From Octopus vulgaris (lineage: Eukaryota): a stretch of DNA of 64,000 nucleotides. The notes under the pieces were generated by a model that had not been told where the DNA came from, made no database searches, and was given only the letters and a program-made list of their open reading frames with translations. The first letter of the stretch is position 1. Each line of letters starts with the position of its first letter. Of this stretch, positions 27,112 to 41,559 are shown in pieces. The stretch covers positions 156,054,001 to 156,118,000 of the forward strand of contig OX597816.1 in the NCBI GenBank assembly GCA_951406725.2. The letters run 5' to 3'. The position numbers and the translations under genes are program-made.

Positions 27112-28496
27112 CATATATGTATGTATGTATGTATATATATATATATATGTGTATATATATATATGTATATATATATATTCGTGTATATATACGTAAATAT
27201 ATATATGTGTATGTATGAATAAATTTCATATGAATTAATATACATATGCAATATTCATATGTTAGTATTAATACACACAAACACACACATCTATTAATAT
27301 GTATATTTCTATGCGTATAAAAATAAATACGTATATCTATATATAGGTGATCTGTGAGTGATTGAGTGAGTGTGTGTGTATGTATGTTTATATGTGAGAG
27401 CCTGTGCTTATCTGATAGTCTAAAATAAATTGAATTTAAAGTTAAATCCTCTCATGCGAGAGGATTTATCTGATTTCATGTCTACCATATTGTAATAATT
27501 CTAAATCGGTTATCTAATTTCTTATTCATTCATCGATTATTCTTTCTTTAGATGTAGTTTTCGAACAATTCATAGACATTTCAATTTCATATCCAATTTT
27601 CTGTCGGTATTCTAGGAGACATTGATTTAATGAAGCTTATCTACCTTTAAGCATGATCATATACATCTGAAGTGAATGAGTCGACATGGAGCCTTTACAT
27701 GGTGGATTGATCTGAGAGAAACAAGAACCAAATCATCCTAAATCGTACCTTACTGTCTTAGGAAATAAAGGTCACTCAGGATAATATTATATTAAATTCA
27801 TTAATTTAGCACAATTCAAAGACGAGATGGTCTTGGATGGAAAGACTTTGAGATTGACAACAACAACAACTAGGTAGGTAATTAATACAGTCAGCACAAA
27901 TAAGCCGCGAGTATTATGTTTCCCTGACGTATTAGCTAATATACATGCTTGATTTATATTAAGAAAGATATCCAAACTTCTTCGGTCAATGAAATCGTCC
28001 ACGTCAGCATATTATCATGCTTAATTTTCGCTCAAATGCATAGTGGATAATAGGGTGGAAAGGCATCAAACAATTTCATTTCCTTTCTTAAATAACTTTA
28101 TTAATTTCGCAAACCAAAACTTAGTGAATTTGTGACATCTTAGAGAATATAATTTCTCTTTATCTGCACCTTTATATCTATATAGATTGCAATTGTTCAA
28201 TGGTACTTCTGCCCTTACTCAAAAATAGCAGTGAAACAGAAATACGCGCGGCTGACACCAGCGATCGTAAATCAAGAACATATCAGATATCAATTTTCTC
28301 ATGTAGACTGACAAAAATGCTTAACGATTGGAATGCGTTAAATACCAAGTATGACCAATCACTGGAGTTTGAATAACAATAACCATTTTAAGTTTCGTTG
28401 ATCAAAGTCTTGATAAATAATTCTTATGTGCGAATGAGGGGGAAATTCAAAAGATAATTTATATCTAAAATAGTTATGATATTCTTTTGCATTTTC

Positions 28497-28547
<51 letters not shown>

Positions 28548-29129
28548 GAAAGTAAGAAGGAAAATAAGTGAAAATGCATATTGGAAATAAAAAAAAGTAA
28601 AGGCATTTTATGAAAAGCAACGATAGATATATACAACGAGATGAACTGAGGTAGGAACAAAAATAATCAAAGTCATTATTATGATTGTTTCGTAATTACT
28701 AATCATTGCTTTGAATGCACACCGATTAATGAACGATGTCAGGTCTATTAGTTCCTGAGAAAAAAGATTATGTGTAAGGGAGGTAAGTAGTTCTGGATTT
28801 GGTGCAATTGGGGTAGTCATAGATCTGTAAAGTGAATGGTGTATGGGATATTTGGGGGTTAGTGGTATTGATTGAAAGGTTAGTAGTGTTCTATATTATG
28901 TTATGTGTTGGGGAAGGTATTTATTGATGAAAGTTGGCGCTTTATTCACTTTTTGTTGCACTGAGGTGTTCTGATACGTTTATGAATTTGCGTTTGAAGA
29001 TTCCTGATGTGAAACCATGTGTTGAAACAGATATTGTTGTATTTGGAGATGGTCATATTTCTTTTTAATTTGCAAACTAAAAACATGCACTATATATTCG
29101 TCCTACACTCGTTTATTACTGTTTCGAGA

Positions 29130-29900
29130 AGGCTAATTTCTCAAGATTGGTATTTAGGTAGTGTGTTACATAGCCCAGCGCCCCTAATAATTACAGGTCT
29201 AAACATGAAGTTGTAATCTGGATAGAGTAGCTGCAGATTTCTCAATAGTTCAGCATAGGTGATCTCTTTTTCACTGATCTTCACCTTTATGTTAACATCC
29301 GCTGGGCAGCTAATTTCCTCCACATTGCACAGTTTCTCTTGTAACAGGATCAGTTTCGGTATCACTGGAGGGGTGTCCGATCTGGTCCCCTCACATTCAA
29401 TTTTAGTTAAAATAACAGACAAGTCAGGCGAACAACGAACACAGCAAAATGTTGTTTATTTCTCGTCGTAATGTAGAACTGGTGTACTTGTTCTCTGGAG
29501 GGAAACCGACAGCCGAATCTGTAGTACTGATTCTTGTTTGTTAGTCGAAATGATTCGTCGTGGTTCGCTGCTAGGTTGGTATGAAGTCCTCAGAGACTGC
29601 CAGTACACGTCCGTTCACGAGTGCTGCTAGGGCCAGAAAGAATGAATGAGCGAACCGCGTTTTAGGGGTCAGTTTCCCGCACATGCACATGGGGAAGACT
29701 TCCGGTGGCCAACCGGAAGTAATCCCATTCTGCGCATGTGCGCTGAACCTTACACAGCAGCATCACTACACTCTTCTCTATGCCAAATCATTTTATCAGG
29801 TATGTTATGCTTACATTTTCTTGAGGTCTTCACTGGGTCATGTATGCATGTATATTATGTAGCTGATATGAACATTCGTTTCCTTCAGACTTTCTCCAGT
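29130..29900 (-). pseudogene. Decayed non-LTR REL-endonuclease C-terminus, split by a solo LTR
   Basis: PVKTSRKCKHNIPDKMIWHRE (about 29775-29840) continues as EKLCNVEEISCPADVNI...KEITYAELL (below 29340): PD-(D/E)xK domain of R2/R4-type elements. Confidence 0.7.
29340..29770 (-). mobile_element. Solo LTR, 431 bp (Gypsy-like 4-bp TSD)
   Basis: Ends tgtaaca...cactaca (TG..CA); TSD ctct at 29336-29339 and 29771-29774; AATAAA on the minus strand; interrupts the LINE reading frame. Confidence 0.75.
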
Positions 29901-30833
29901 CATGAATCTTCTACACATCATGTTAACAGTACACATTAAACCGTTATTATTTCCATAAATAAAACCTTGAAAACGTCTTTCCATGCAGCCACTCATTTGA
30001 CACTTGATTTTATTGACTCAGAAATAGTGAAAGTCAAACCTGGCCATGTAGAGATATGCAAACCATTCTACCAACGCCCAAACGATTCTGACAGCTCACC
30101 GTTTTACACTTATATTAATACGCGTTTCTATTGCGTTCTATTTTAAGTGATTATTTCTCCTACCTCTCATTTGACTCCAACTTTACATACACGAATACAT
30201 CCTTATCTCTAATTTGTTGAACCCTTTCTGTCATTTATCTAATTCATGAATATTTAGTATGATCTCTTCGACACCTACGCATTTTCCCAACTTCTGTTAT
30301 ACAGCATTTTTTGACATTACTCTTAACTCCTTAGATAGCAATAGCTCATTTTTCTTTCGCTTTCTTCACGTGCATTAATTTTTGATCACTGCTTTTCTTT
30401 GAACCATAATCTCTCCCAGTCTTTTAATCTCTTCCATTTCAATTATTTCTTATATGTGTGAATTTCATTTTTCGATTTACTGTCAGAACAACAATGAACC
30501 AGGGGTTCACTAAAGTCTTTGAGGCTGAGGCTTGATGATAAAGCAAGTCCAGACGCTACATCAAGCTACAATGTGCCTTGAACATGTAAGGAACATCCAT
30601 TCCTTGCATACTCGCCTTAACATAACTGACTCTGAAAAATCAAATATATATATATATATATATATACATGTGACATGTGAATATGTATATATATATATAT
30701 ATATACACATAAACACACACACAAATATATATATAGATATGAATATGTATAGAGATATATAGATATATACATATATGCGTATGGGTTTGTATAAATACGC
30801 ACAAACACATCTGTCTATCTATCTATCTATCTA

Positions 30834-30872
<39 letters not shown>

Positions 30873-31302
30873 TGTTATACACACGCTTATATGAATATAT
30901 ATCACATTATATATATATATGAATAATATATATGTGTAAATATATATGTCTATACATTTATACAAGTTTTATTCATTCATATATAAATCTGTGTACTTTA
31001 TATTGATAGATATGTATTTGTATGGATATATTATACATATGCGTGTGGGTGTTTGTATTATAATATCACAAGGCAAACTATTCCTTTATATAATGAATAG
31101 ATTTCTTTTAGAACATCTATTTCTGGTTAATTTCACAAAGTGTTCATTTCAACACATTTGCAAGACAACTTTCAATGAAATATTTGAATATTCTTGTGTT
31201 CACACACACACATATATATATATATACGCCAACACATGTGGTTCATACTTCATTTTACACCAGCTTAACAGGTAAGTAAACAAACCTTTTAGCTATGCTT
31301 GC

Positions 31303-31335
<33 letters not shown>

Positions 31336-31341
31336 TGTATG

Positions 31342-31373
<32 letters not shown>

Positions 31374-31474
31374 CATGTATTGTATATATGTACGTAAATA
31401 TATGTGTGTGTGTGTTTGTGTGTATGTATATATATATATATAAATAGATATATTTACTTATATATATATATCTG

Positions 31475-31507
<33 letters not shown>

Positions 31508-31531
31508 GTATATATACATATGTATATATAC

Positions 31532-31586
<55 letters not shown>

Positions 31587-32330
31587 TATATGTATATCAA
31601 AATGGTTTAGCGAAAAGTGAACTACCAAAAAGAATTTGTCATTCAATAAAGTTGTTATGTATATTATTTACTCATTTTTTTTTTCGTTTCGTTTCACACC
31701 TTTTATATAACTTACGATAATTTTATATCTTAATACATTTATGCCATATTACTTCTACCAACCCAGCTCCCAGCTGCGAAAAGTAAATGATATACATAAA
31801 TACGAAAGTTGGGGGAAAGATAAATAAATATTTCAATATATAGATAGATGGATGAATAAAGAAATAAATTAGACAGGAAAACGTGTATCGAAACTTTAAT
31901 ATATTCGAAGCAGCTGTAAAATTGCGAGAGTGACAGATGTGTTCATGCTAAAACGTCTCTCGCCTCCCATTCGCTCTCCTCGTCTCTGTGCACTTCTCTC
32001 GCTTCACATTTTCAAATCACTATCGTTTTCTCCATATTCAGATTAGCGATTTATGCTTACATCAATGTTGATATTTATGGATGTTATTATACATTAGTCG
32101 GCTAGGAATTCATTTTACTGCCGAATATACTCTACATTTTCAATGCATATATGTAAATATGGATGGTTGGGTTATTGTATCTATACATGCATATGCATCT
32201 ATAGATGTTTGTGTGTGTGCATATATATATATATATATATAGATATAGATACACATACCTATATGTATATACATATTATATAAATACATATACGCATAAA
32301 TATATGTATATACATATATTCATATACATA

Positions 32331-32376
<46 letters not shown>

Positions 32377-32549
32377 TATAATATACATATATACATATAT
32401 ACATACACATATACATGTATATATATATATGTGTGTTCGTGAGTGTGTGTGTTATATTGCTCTAGCATAGCCACAACTTTAGGGCTCAAATGTATAATAA
32501 ATAAAAGAATATATATATATATGTATATGATCCATTAAAAGATAGATAA

Positions 32550-32594
<45 letters not shown>

Positions 32595-32595
32595 C

Positions 32596-32676
<81 letters not shown>

Positions 32677-33154
32677 TGGGATCAATTCAAATCCACTGTG
32701 CAATTTTAAATTGACCTAACACTTCAGTTGTCATATGACAAAACTATATGTGGGAAGGTTAACTGAAATGAATTAATAGCTTTTAAAATATTTTCGTTAA
32801 AGCTTGAATTTGTGTACCATTATTGCTCATAGATATATAAACCTTTCCGCATATTCTTATCCTAAACTGAGAATTATCAGTAAAATGATCGTTAGTAGAA
32901 AAGCTGCCATCGCTCCCGGTTTCTATAAAATAAATCTGAAGTATTAATAAATATTTTAAAATTCAATACATATTTTCGTGCTCGTTTTTGTTAAGCGAAA
33001 GATTCGTCTCAGATTATTTGTTCAAAATATCTATTGTATCAAATTGTCGACTTCTAAATTGTACAACCAAAAGACAGTTACGCTTTCGACAATGTTGATC
33101 ACAGAATCTCCTGTAAGAAACTATTCCCCCTTGGATTACGAGTGAAACATGTAA

Positions 33155-33552
33155 ACTGAAAGAAGCCCGTCGTACATGCATACATACATACATGCATACA
33201 CACACACACATCTGTGTATCTTTGTGTCTGTGTTTGTCCCCCACCACCACTTGACAAACGGTGTTAATGTGTTTACGTTCCCGAATCTTTGCGGTTCGGC
33301 AAAAAAATACCCTGTGGTCGATTTGTTCGACCAAAATCCCTTCAAGACTGTCTCCCAGCACGGCCGCAGTCAAAACAACTGATAGAAGTAAAAGGCTTCT
33401 TTCAGTTTCCGTCTACCAAATCCACTCACAAGACTTTGCTCGACACGGAGCTATATCAGAAGACACTTACCCAAGGTGTCATGCGGTGGGACTGAACCAG
33501 GAACCACGTAGCTGGAAAGCAAGCTTCTTGCTACACAGGCACAATTGCGCCT
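33155..33552. mobile_element. Two abutting SINE family A pieces in opposite orientation (33155-33390 +, 33393-33552 -)
   Basis: aaactgaaagaagcccgtcg...cagcacggccgcagtcaaa, then ggcttctttcagtttccgtctaccaaatccactcacaag. Confidence 0.75.
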
Positions 33553-35059
33553 ATATTGAAATTTTTAAGAAATGGTTTTGGATTCCAGTAGGTTCGACTT
33601 TAATTGTAGTACTCAATACTGCGTGCCATTCCTTTTGTCCACACTAGCATTACTATATATGTATACGCTGTCTCCAATCAACCATCAAGATTGATGCGTC
33701 TGACAACGCCAACGAAATATTTTGTAATATGGAGCTTTTGAGTTTGTGCGTGTGCGCTCACGCGCGCATGTATATATGTTATGCATGTATGTGTGCCGCT
33801 GCATGTATATATATGAACGCATACATATAGCGGCGTGTCGTTTGAATCAACGAAACCTACATCGCCATTGCTAGTACTAGTTTACCAACTACTCACGTAG
33901 CAACTCTAAAAAACTTTGAGTCAAGGACAACAGTGCGATTATTCACGCTTACTCTGTTCGTGTGTTCTATGGTATTATGTGCTTAGTATGTAGCTTTTTT
34001 TCATTAAGTAAAGGGTAAGAACAAATATAATGGTATTACTATTATCATGTGCTTAATATATATTTTTTAAAAGTAAGAAATAAGAACAAACATACAGAAA
34101 TTACTATGAGAGTTGAAAAAAGCCACTTTTCGTTACTCCATCATGACTCTTTATTTCAAGAGCGAAGTGATTAAAAGGCAATAATATGCACCGTAAGTAA
34201 TTTCCTGTTATTCATTCCGCCTTGCTTATTGACGCCATATTGTATGAAAAAAGAAATAATAACGAATGATAATAACAAAAGTCGCAAAAAAAGAAACGAA
34301 AAATACACTCAGTCGTTCCAACTCTTTTATTTATTGTAGAATAGCTGAATAATATTTCCAGTTAAGATTGTTTTTATTACCTTTTTGTTATTTGTATCAC
34401 TGCCATAAAGAATACAACCGTAAACGGAAATTAACTAGATCGCGTTTGTCATTAAATATATTAATGTTTATCAGAAAAGTTTCGTGATAATATTAATTTC
34501 TTTCATGAAATCAAGGCTTCCCCCTCCATCGCCAGCAGGTCGAACAGAAGAACTATTGTTAAAATGTTCGCACATTTCACACTCTAAAACTTAGGTGTGA
34601 TCTGAAAAAGAGGAAAATACGCTTGAATTGGGAATTGTGAATCGAAACTGGAAATTATTTCAGCTCTACGACTGTCATTTCAGACGTGTGGCTTCTTATT
34701 CATGTACACAAAGATGCATATTTTTGGTTAGATTAATTTTAAATGGGAAGTTGTCATATTTCTGCATTTCAAAAGGGCATCAGTGGTGCTTACATCTCTT
34801 ATTTGAACACCCATGAGGGAGAGTACCAAATAACGATTTCCTGTATAGTAAATTTCGCCAACCTCAATACTTTTTTAGTGGGTTTGAATCTGCTATCATA
34901 TCAATGTTGGTCCCTCAATCCGTCATTTTCTTCAATTTCACCGCGTTAAACAATAAAAATGTTGTTTCCCATCCCTAGGCATAAGGAAGATTACTGTCGA
35001 TTACTGGTACTCTGTTGTGTCGTCTTTTAGCTGTGCTTCATTTTATCGTTCTTTACTAT

Positions 35060-35418
35060 ATTTTAGGCACAAGGTCCGACATGTTGGGGAAAGGGGCCAG
35101 TCGATTAGATCGACCCCGAAAGGATGAAAGGCAAAGTCGACCTCGGCGGAATTTGAACTCAGAACGTAACGGCAGACGAAATACCTATTTCTTTATTACC
35201 CACAAGGGGCTAAACACAGAGGGGACAAACAAAGACAGACATAGGTATTAAGTCGATTACACCGACCCCAGTGCGTAACTGGTACTTAATTTATCGACCC
35301 CGAAAGGATGAAAGGCAAAGTCGACCTTGGCGGAATTTGAACTCACAACGTAACGCAGACGAAATACCGCTACGCATTTCGCCCGGCGTGCTAACGTGTC
35401 TGCCAGCTCGCCGCCTTC
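35060..35418 (-). mobile_element. SINE family B, young copy plus partial tandem copy
   Basis: cgaccccgaaaggatgaaaggcaaagtcgacc..ggcggaatttgaactc occurs twice; head aaggcggcgagctggcaga. The central block resembles the Meta/MESC SINE domain (from memory). Confidence 0.85.
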
Positions 35419-36049
35419 CACTTCATTTTATCGTCCTTTGAGGGATAGAAAGCATCGTTCCACTTATCTGCATTGAAAGAAATAACTGAAATGAATGTAA
35501 CTAAATGAAACAAAGAAAGTTGTTGCTGCAACGATTTTGTCAATTCACGGCACGGAGTTACATAAAAAATAAAATGTGGCAGCTACATAACTACAAAATA
35601 TATCTGAAAAAATTGAGCACAGCCACTGAAGAAATTCACATCATCTGGCAGGATTCGAACTTAGCGAGTTGTATAATAAAATTAAATTCTGTACAGATAT
35701 TTGATTGTTCTACATTAAGTTTCTTCGAAAAACAACTCATACCAATAGGAAACCAATTGTTCAGACAACAACGGCGGTGCCTACAATTGCAGAACACAGA
35801 ATTTGAACAAAACTTCAGGAACAGCAGCCGCAGCAGTAGTAACAATGATAGAGTATTGCAGTTGTGTGTGTGTATTTAATAAAATATAGAAGATTCAATT
35901 TAGAAACATATAATCAATTTATTTATATTGCATTTCTAGGAAGTATTTGAGACAAATTCCCGATGTAATCTTAGAAACGAAAAAGAGAAAAAACAAACAA
36001 GAAATACAACAAATAGTACCAAATAACGAATATGTGTGTGTGTCTGTGA

Positions 36050-36113
<64 letters not shown>

Positions 36114-36567
36114 ATGAGAGAGAGAAGCAGAGAATGGATGAAAGTAAAATCTGAAAACGAATTTGAACAGTGTTATCGTCGATGAAGGGGAAAATATTAC
36201 TTGAACACGGAAAGAGAGTGGAGATGGCAAACGATTTTTTAAGCTAATCAAAGATAATATAGGCCAATTTCGTTGCAAAACTAAGCATATGGCATGTTAT
36301 ATTTGATTAAACTAGCTTTGTAACTATCACGTGAGTAGTTTAAATAGAAACTGCTATCAGCTACAAATTTTGTTTTCGGTAGTTATTCGCACCAATAAAA
36401 TCAAAGACTAAAAGACACCTCATTCAGAATTAGTTAAATACGGTTTAAGGTTGAAAGATAGATCTGTTGCCTTAAGTGAATAAATACACGAATACGCAAT
36501 CACAAACACAATATGTATACATGTATATACATGCAATCATGCAATATATACATACAATATATGTATG

Positions 36568-36604
<37 letters not shown>

Positions 36605-36739
36605 ATGTGTGTGTGTGAGTGTGTGTGTATGTGTGTCTGTGTCTGTTGCGCGTATGCAAGATGGGTTGAAACGATCTTTGTGAGCAATGAAGTTTCTGAT
36701 ACATCCCATTTTCCGATACATCCCATTTATAATATACAT

Positions 36740-36897
36740 ACGCATGGTTACGTGGTAAGCTGCTTGCATTTCCACTACCTAGTTCCGGGTTCAGTCCCAC
36801 AGCGTGGCACATTGGGTAAGTGTCTTGTGCTGTAGCCTCGGGCTGGCCAAACACTTGAGAGTGGATTTTGTAGGCGGAAACTGAAAAAAGACCAACG

Positions 36898-36900
<3 letters not shown>
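36740..36900 (+). mobile_element. SINE family A 5' half
   Basis: gtggtaagctgcttgc...gggttcagtcccacagcgtggcac...gtggattttgtaggcggaaactgaaa. Confidence 0.8.
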
Positions 36901-36955
<55 letters not shown>

Positions 36956-37023
36956 GAAGACAGGCGTATGAAGACAGACGCATGAACAACAAGCAGGTGT
37001 ATTACTTTGACACTCGGGAAAGT

Positions 37024-37261
37024 GTTTATAAGCCATTTAAAGATCCACAAAAGACCGTTAGATTCACTTCAACATTTAAATTTAATTTGTGTCAAAATAT
37101 TTTCCTCGCTGTGAAGTCAGAACCGTTTCACTGACAGCACGAAGTTTTGTCAGTGAATAGGTCGCGCCTTCAGAACGACGAAAATGTTTTGACACAAATT
37201 AGATTTAAATTTTTAAGAGAATCCAATGGTTTTTTTGTGGGTCTTTAAATTGTTTATAAAC
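37024..37261. repeat. Imperfect 238-bp foldback (palindromic) element
   Basis: gtttataa..tttaaagatccacaaaa..aatttgtgtcaaaatattttc..cactgaca / tgtcagtg..gaaaatgttttgacacaaatt..ttttgtgggtctttaaa..ttataaac. Confidence 0.8.
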
Positions 37262-37262
37262 T

Positions 37263-37700
37263 AGGTTTCTCATTCCTAAGGTATTTTTCGATATTGTTGT
37301 TGTTGTTATTATTATTATTATTATATTCAGGTCACTGCCTGGGACCGAACTCGGAATCTTGGGGTTAGTAGCCCGCGCTCTTAACCACTAAGCCATATAC
37401 TCGTGGGCGAACGGTCATATGGCTTAGTGGTTAAGAGCGCGGGCTAGTACCCCAAGATTCCAAGTTTGGTTCCAGGCATTGACCTAAATAATAATAATAA
37501 TAACAACAACAATAATAATTATTATTATTATTATAATAGTAATAATAACAACAACAACAACATCGAAAAGTACCTTAGGAATGAGAACCCAGGTTCGAAA
37601 TTTCTCCAAGACACCTGATGAAGACTGGCGGGTATATCAGCCGAAACTTTGTATAAATAACAAAGATGAGGGCAAATATTCGTCAAATGTAAATAATGTA
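37263..37700 (+). mobile_element. Family H2: tRNA-like head, (TAA/CAA)n and hammerhead tail, with inverted 5' duplicate (37263-37397)
   Basis: Head tggcttagtggttaagagcgcgggcta.. with B-box gagttcggtccc (intact in the inverted copy); hammerhead gacac-CTGATGA(37615-37621)-agactg..cagcc-GAAAC(37643-37647). Confidence 0.8.
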
Positions 37701-37908
37701 TGGTGAAAGTAGTTGTTTGTCAGCACATGATAGTCATTAATATAAGCTTTTGTTTTACTTCGTAATAAGTCTTTGCATTATATAGAATGAAAATGTTTGT
37801 CAACGACACTATATCACCTAATAGTTTTGACAGTTTATAAAAGACTGCGTTATTAAGAAGTGAACAGAAAGTGGATATGATCATGTCTGTTTATTCATAA
37901 ATGGCAAA

Positions 37909-37967
<59 letters not shown>

Positions 37968-39158
37968 TGCTTAAAGAACAAGAGATGGAAAGAGTGAGAG
38001 AGTGAGCGTTTAACCCTGCCATTCGTTGTTGCAGCGTAGACAATTCTAATTGACAAGTCTTGTGATCAATATTATGCCAGAGCTTCCCATCAATTTTGTG
38101 AGGGTGGTATATTAGGGCTGTACTAAGGAGTCTGTCCTTACTTTAAGTCAGCAGGGTGTGATTTGAGGGACATTCGACTACCCTCTCTAGGAAGTCGACT
38201 GGACAGTTAAAAGCTCGTTCAAAGTATTCAAGAATTGATGTCGATTTTCATGTTTCTATGCGTCTGTAAGTATGTCTGTGTACGCTAGTGCAGATGTAAG
38301 AGACAGAGAGAGGCAGACAGAAGGAAAGAAAGATTGAGAGAAAGAAGGGGAGAGAGAAAGGAGCGAAAGAGAGACAGAAAAATAAAAGGACTGAAAGAAG
38401 AGAAAGATAGAGAGGTAGAATGAGAGGCCATCGCCTGCTTATGTCCGTATTCAAGACTAGGTAGATACGTTGGTTGGAGAAAGGAATTGCATCAGAATAC
38501 CAAAATGATGAAGATACAAATATCTGTTGTGATTCTACCGAACTATCAGAACAAGATTATATCGGAGATTAACAATACTACAGATGAAATATATCAGATC
38601 ACGAATGACTGGCTATTTTCAGACCAATGGATTGTCAAGAATTGGTGTAGAGTTAGGTAGATAGCGGAAGTATGCGGAGAACTTCTGCACCGAATAATAA
38701 GCGGAAATTAAATAAAATATATAGACTAGAACAAGGTACACAATGAAGACCAGACCAGGGCTAAAAATACCGCACCAAATCAGAATATCGGAAGGTTGTT
38801 AGCACTCGTGCCCACCACCTCCGTGCCTATGCGACAATGTACACATACACTCACAAGTTCACTTAAACACATGTCGATGAATGTACGCGGGCGCGTTCTC
38901 ATGTCTAAACATATATGTACACGCGTATAAATATGCGTACGCGTATGATAGTAAATGTCTATGCATGTATGAGTCTTTATATATATGGGTGTGTGTGTGT
39001 ATGTGTGTTATATATGCGTATATTTATATTCATATGAGTGTCTTAGTAAGAAACAATGTATAAGCATGCAAAACGCTCGCACACAAATGCATGCGTGCAC
39101 ACACATACATATGTAAGTACACACATACTATATGATGCAGTTGTGTGCATATACATAC

Positions 39159-39212
<54 letters not shown>

Positions 39213-39296
39213 ATATCAATATCTACATCTATATCAATATCTACATCTATATCTATATATCTATCTATCTATCTATCTATCTATACACACACACAC

Positions 39297-39330
<34 letters not shown>

Positions 39331-39505
39331 AAACAGAAACACGCAAATGTGTGTGTCCGTGTGAAAAGAAAATAATAGGAAGTGATCCAGACAGAAAGTA
39401 CAAACGTAATTTTGGGACCTTTATCCAATAACAATACTGTAACAGAATCAGAAGCAACAGTAGTTATATAAATACTTTTAGATTATTTTGTATGTCTTGT
39501 GTGTA

Positions 39506-39545
<40 letters not shown>

Positions 39546-39647
39546 AGTGTATGTAAGCATGCTCGTCTAGACATATGTCTTTGTCTATATGACAGAATGA
39601 TAGAGATACAGAGGGGGGGGGGGACAGAAGTGTATATACATATACAT

Positions 39648-39693
<46 letters not shown>

Positions 39694-39837
39694 GACGGAG
39701 AGAGTCAGCGAGGGACGGGAAGATAAAGAAATAGAAATTCCATGCTTTTCTTCTGCAAGCCGACAGGGCTCGCTCTAAGCTCTCTAATATATACATATAT
39801 ATATGTGTGTGTGTGTATGTATGTATGTATATATATA

Positions 39838-39913
<76 letters not shown>

Positions 39914-40292
39914 AAAGAATTTTGTGCATGTGCATGTGTATATATATGTATGAGCGAATTCTAAACCAAAATGTGCTAGGATGAAAATGGAGTAAAGTAT
40001 GAGGTAGCCATTGTTGGGATCTGTTGCTCTAGGATCATATCACTTTCTGTTAACATTAGACCAATTATTAACATATAGATTCTATCTTTTTATTGCTAAA
40101 TGATGATAACGCATTTGATGTATATATATATGTTAATGTATCTAACTGTTCTGAGTAAAACACAAGCAATCACTCTCCTTAGTTGCCAGACACAGAAACT
40201 GATGCGAACAAAGCATCTCTCTATATTTGTACACACACATACATACACAGAGACACGCACACACATACACACACATGTATATATAAGTAAAT

Positions 40293-40467
40293 ACGGCGAG
40301 CTGGCAAAACCGTTTGCACATCGGAAAAAGTGCATAGCGGCATTTCGCCCGCTTTTACGTTCTAAGTTCAAATTCTCCGAAGGTCATCTTGTACCTGTTA
40401 ATACTGGAGTTGATGTGGTTCACTAGCCACCTACACCCCAAAGTTTCAAACTTTGTGCCTAGAGTAG

Positions 40468-40470
<3 letters not shown>
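40293..40470 (+). mobile_element. SINE family B, internally deleted
   Basis: ggcgagctggcaaaaccgtt...agttcaaattc...tttgtgcctagagtagaaa. Confidence 0.7.
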
Positions 40471-40501
<31 letters not shown>

Positions 40502-40509
<8 letters not shown>

Positions 40510-41559
40510 CAACAATTGAGGGTAAAATTAATTAATTATTAATCAATTTCACCAAGTGTTCAGTATGCAAAGGGACCATTTAAGGCGAATTCAAATTATT
40601 ACATTATATAAAAGGGCTTAGTAAAATAAATTACTTTGCCGCATACTGAACTCATTAGAAATAGCAGCTAAAAAACTTTTTTAAAACTATTTCTAATACT
40701 TAAAGAAAATCTCTCTCATATATAGTGTTTGCTTAATTCAACTCACAAAAGTTTGGGGGTAAGGACATCAAAAAATCAAATGCTAAGGTTATTTGAGAAC
40801 GTACGTTTCAAGATTAGTCAAAACAACACTTCTATCATCAGCTCAGAAACTCCTTGGTTTGGATTTGGAAACACTGAAAGTAAGAACATACCCTTTCGGC
40901 TTCTCATCGCTCTCGAAGATCTGCTCGTAACTAACAGTGCCAACAAACCCAAATAAGCAAGCGAAGAATTTCTGTTCTCCCCTTTCCACCAGCGTGGGTT
41001 AAAATCATCAAACACTATGCTTATTTCGGTAAAATCCGAAGCATTAATTAGAGGGAGATTAATTATAATTTCAACAATTGAGGGTAAAATTAATTAATTA
41101 TTAATCAATTTCACCAAGTGTTCAGTATGCAAAGGGACCATTTAAGGCGAATTCAAATTATTACATTATATAAAAGGGCTTAGTAAAATAAATTACTTTG
41201 CCGCATACTGAACTCATTAGAAATAGCAGCTAACAAACTTTTTTAAAACTATTTCTAATACTTAAAGAAAATCTCTCTCATATATTCTCTCATTAATTTT
41301 ACCCTCAATTGTTGAAATTATAATTAATCTCCCTCTAATTAATGCTTCGGATTTTACCGAAATAAGCATAGTGTTTGATGATTTTAACCCACGCTGGTGG
41401 AAGGGGAGAACAGAAATTCTTCGCTTGCTTATTTGGGTTTGTTGGCACTGTTAGTTACGAGCAGATCTTCGAGAGCGATGAGAAGCCGAAAGGGTATGTT
41501 CTTACTTTCAGTGTTTCCAAATCCAAACCAAGGAGTTTCTGAGCTGACGATAGAAGTGT

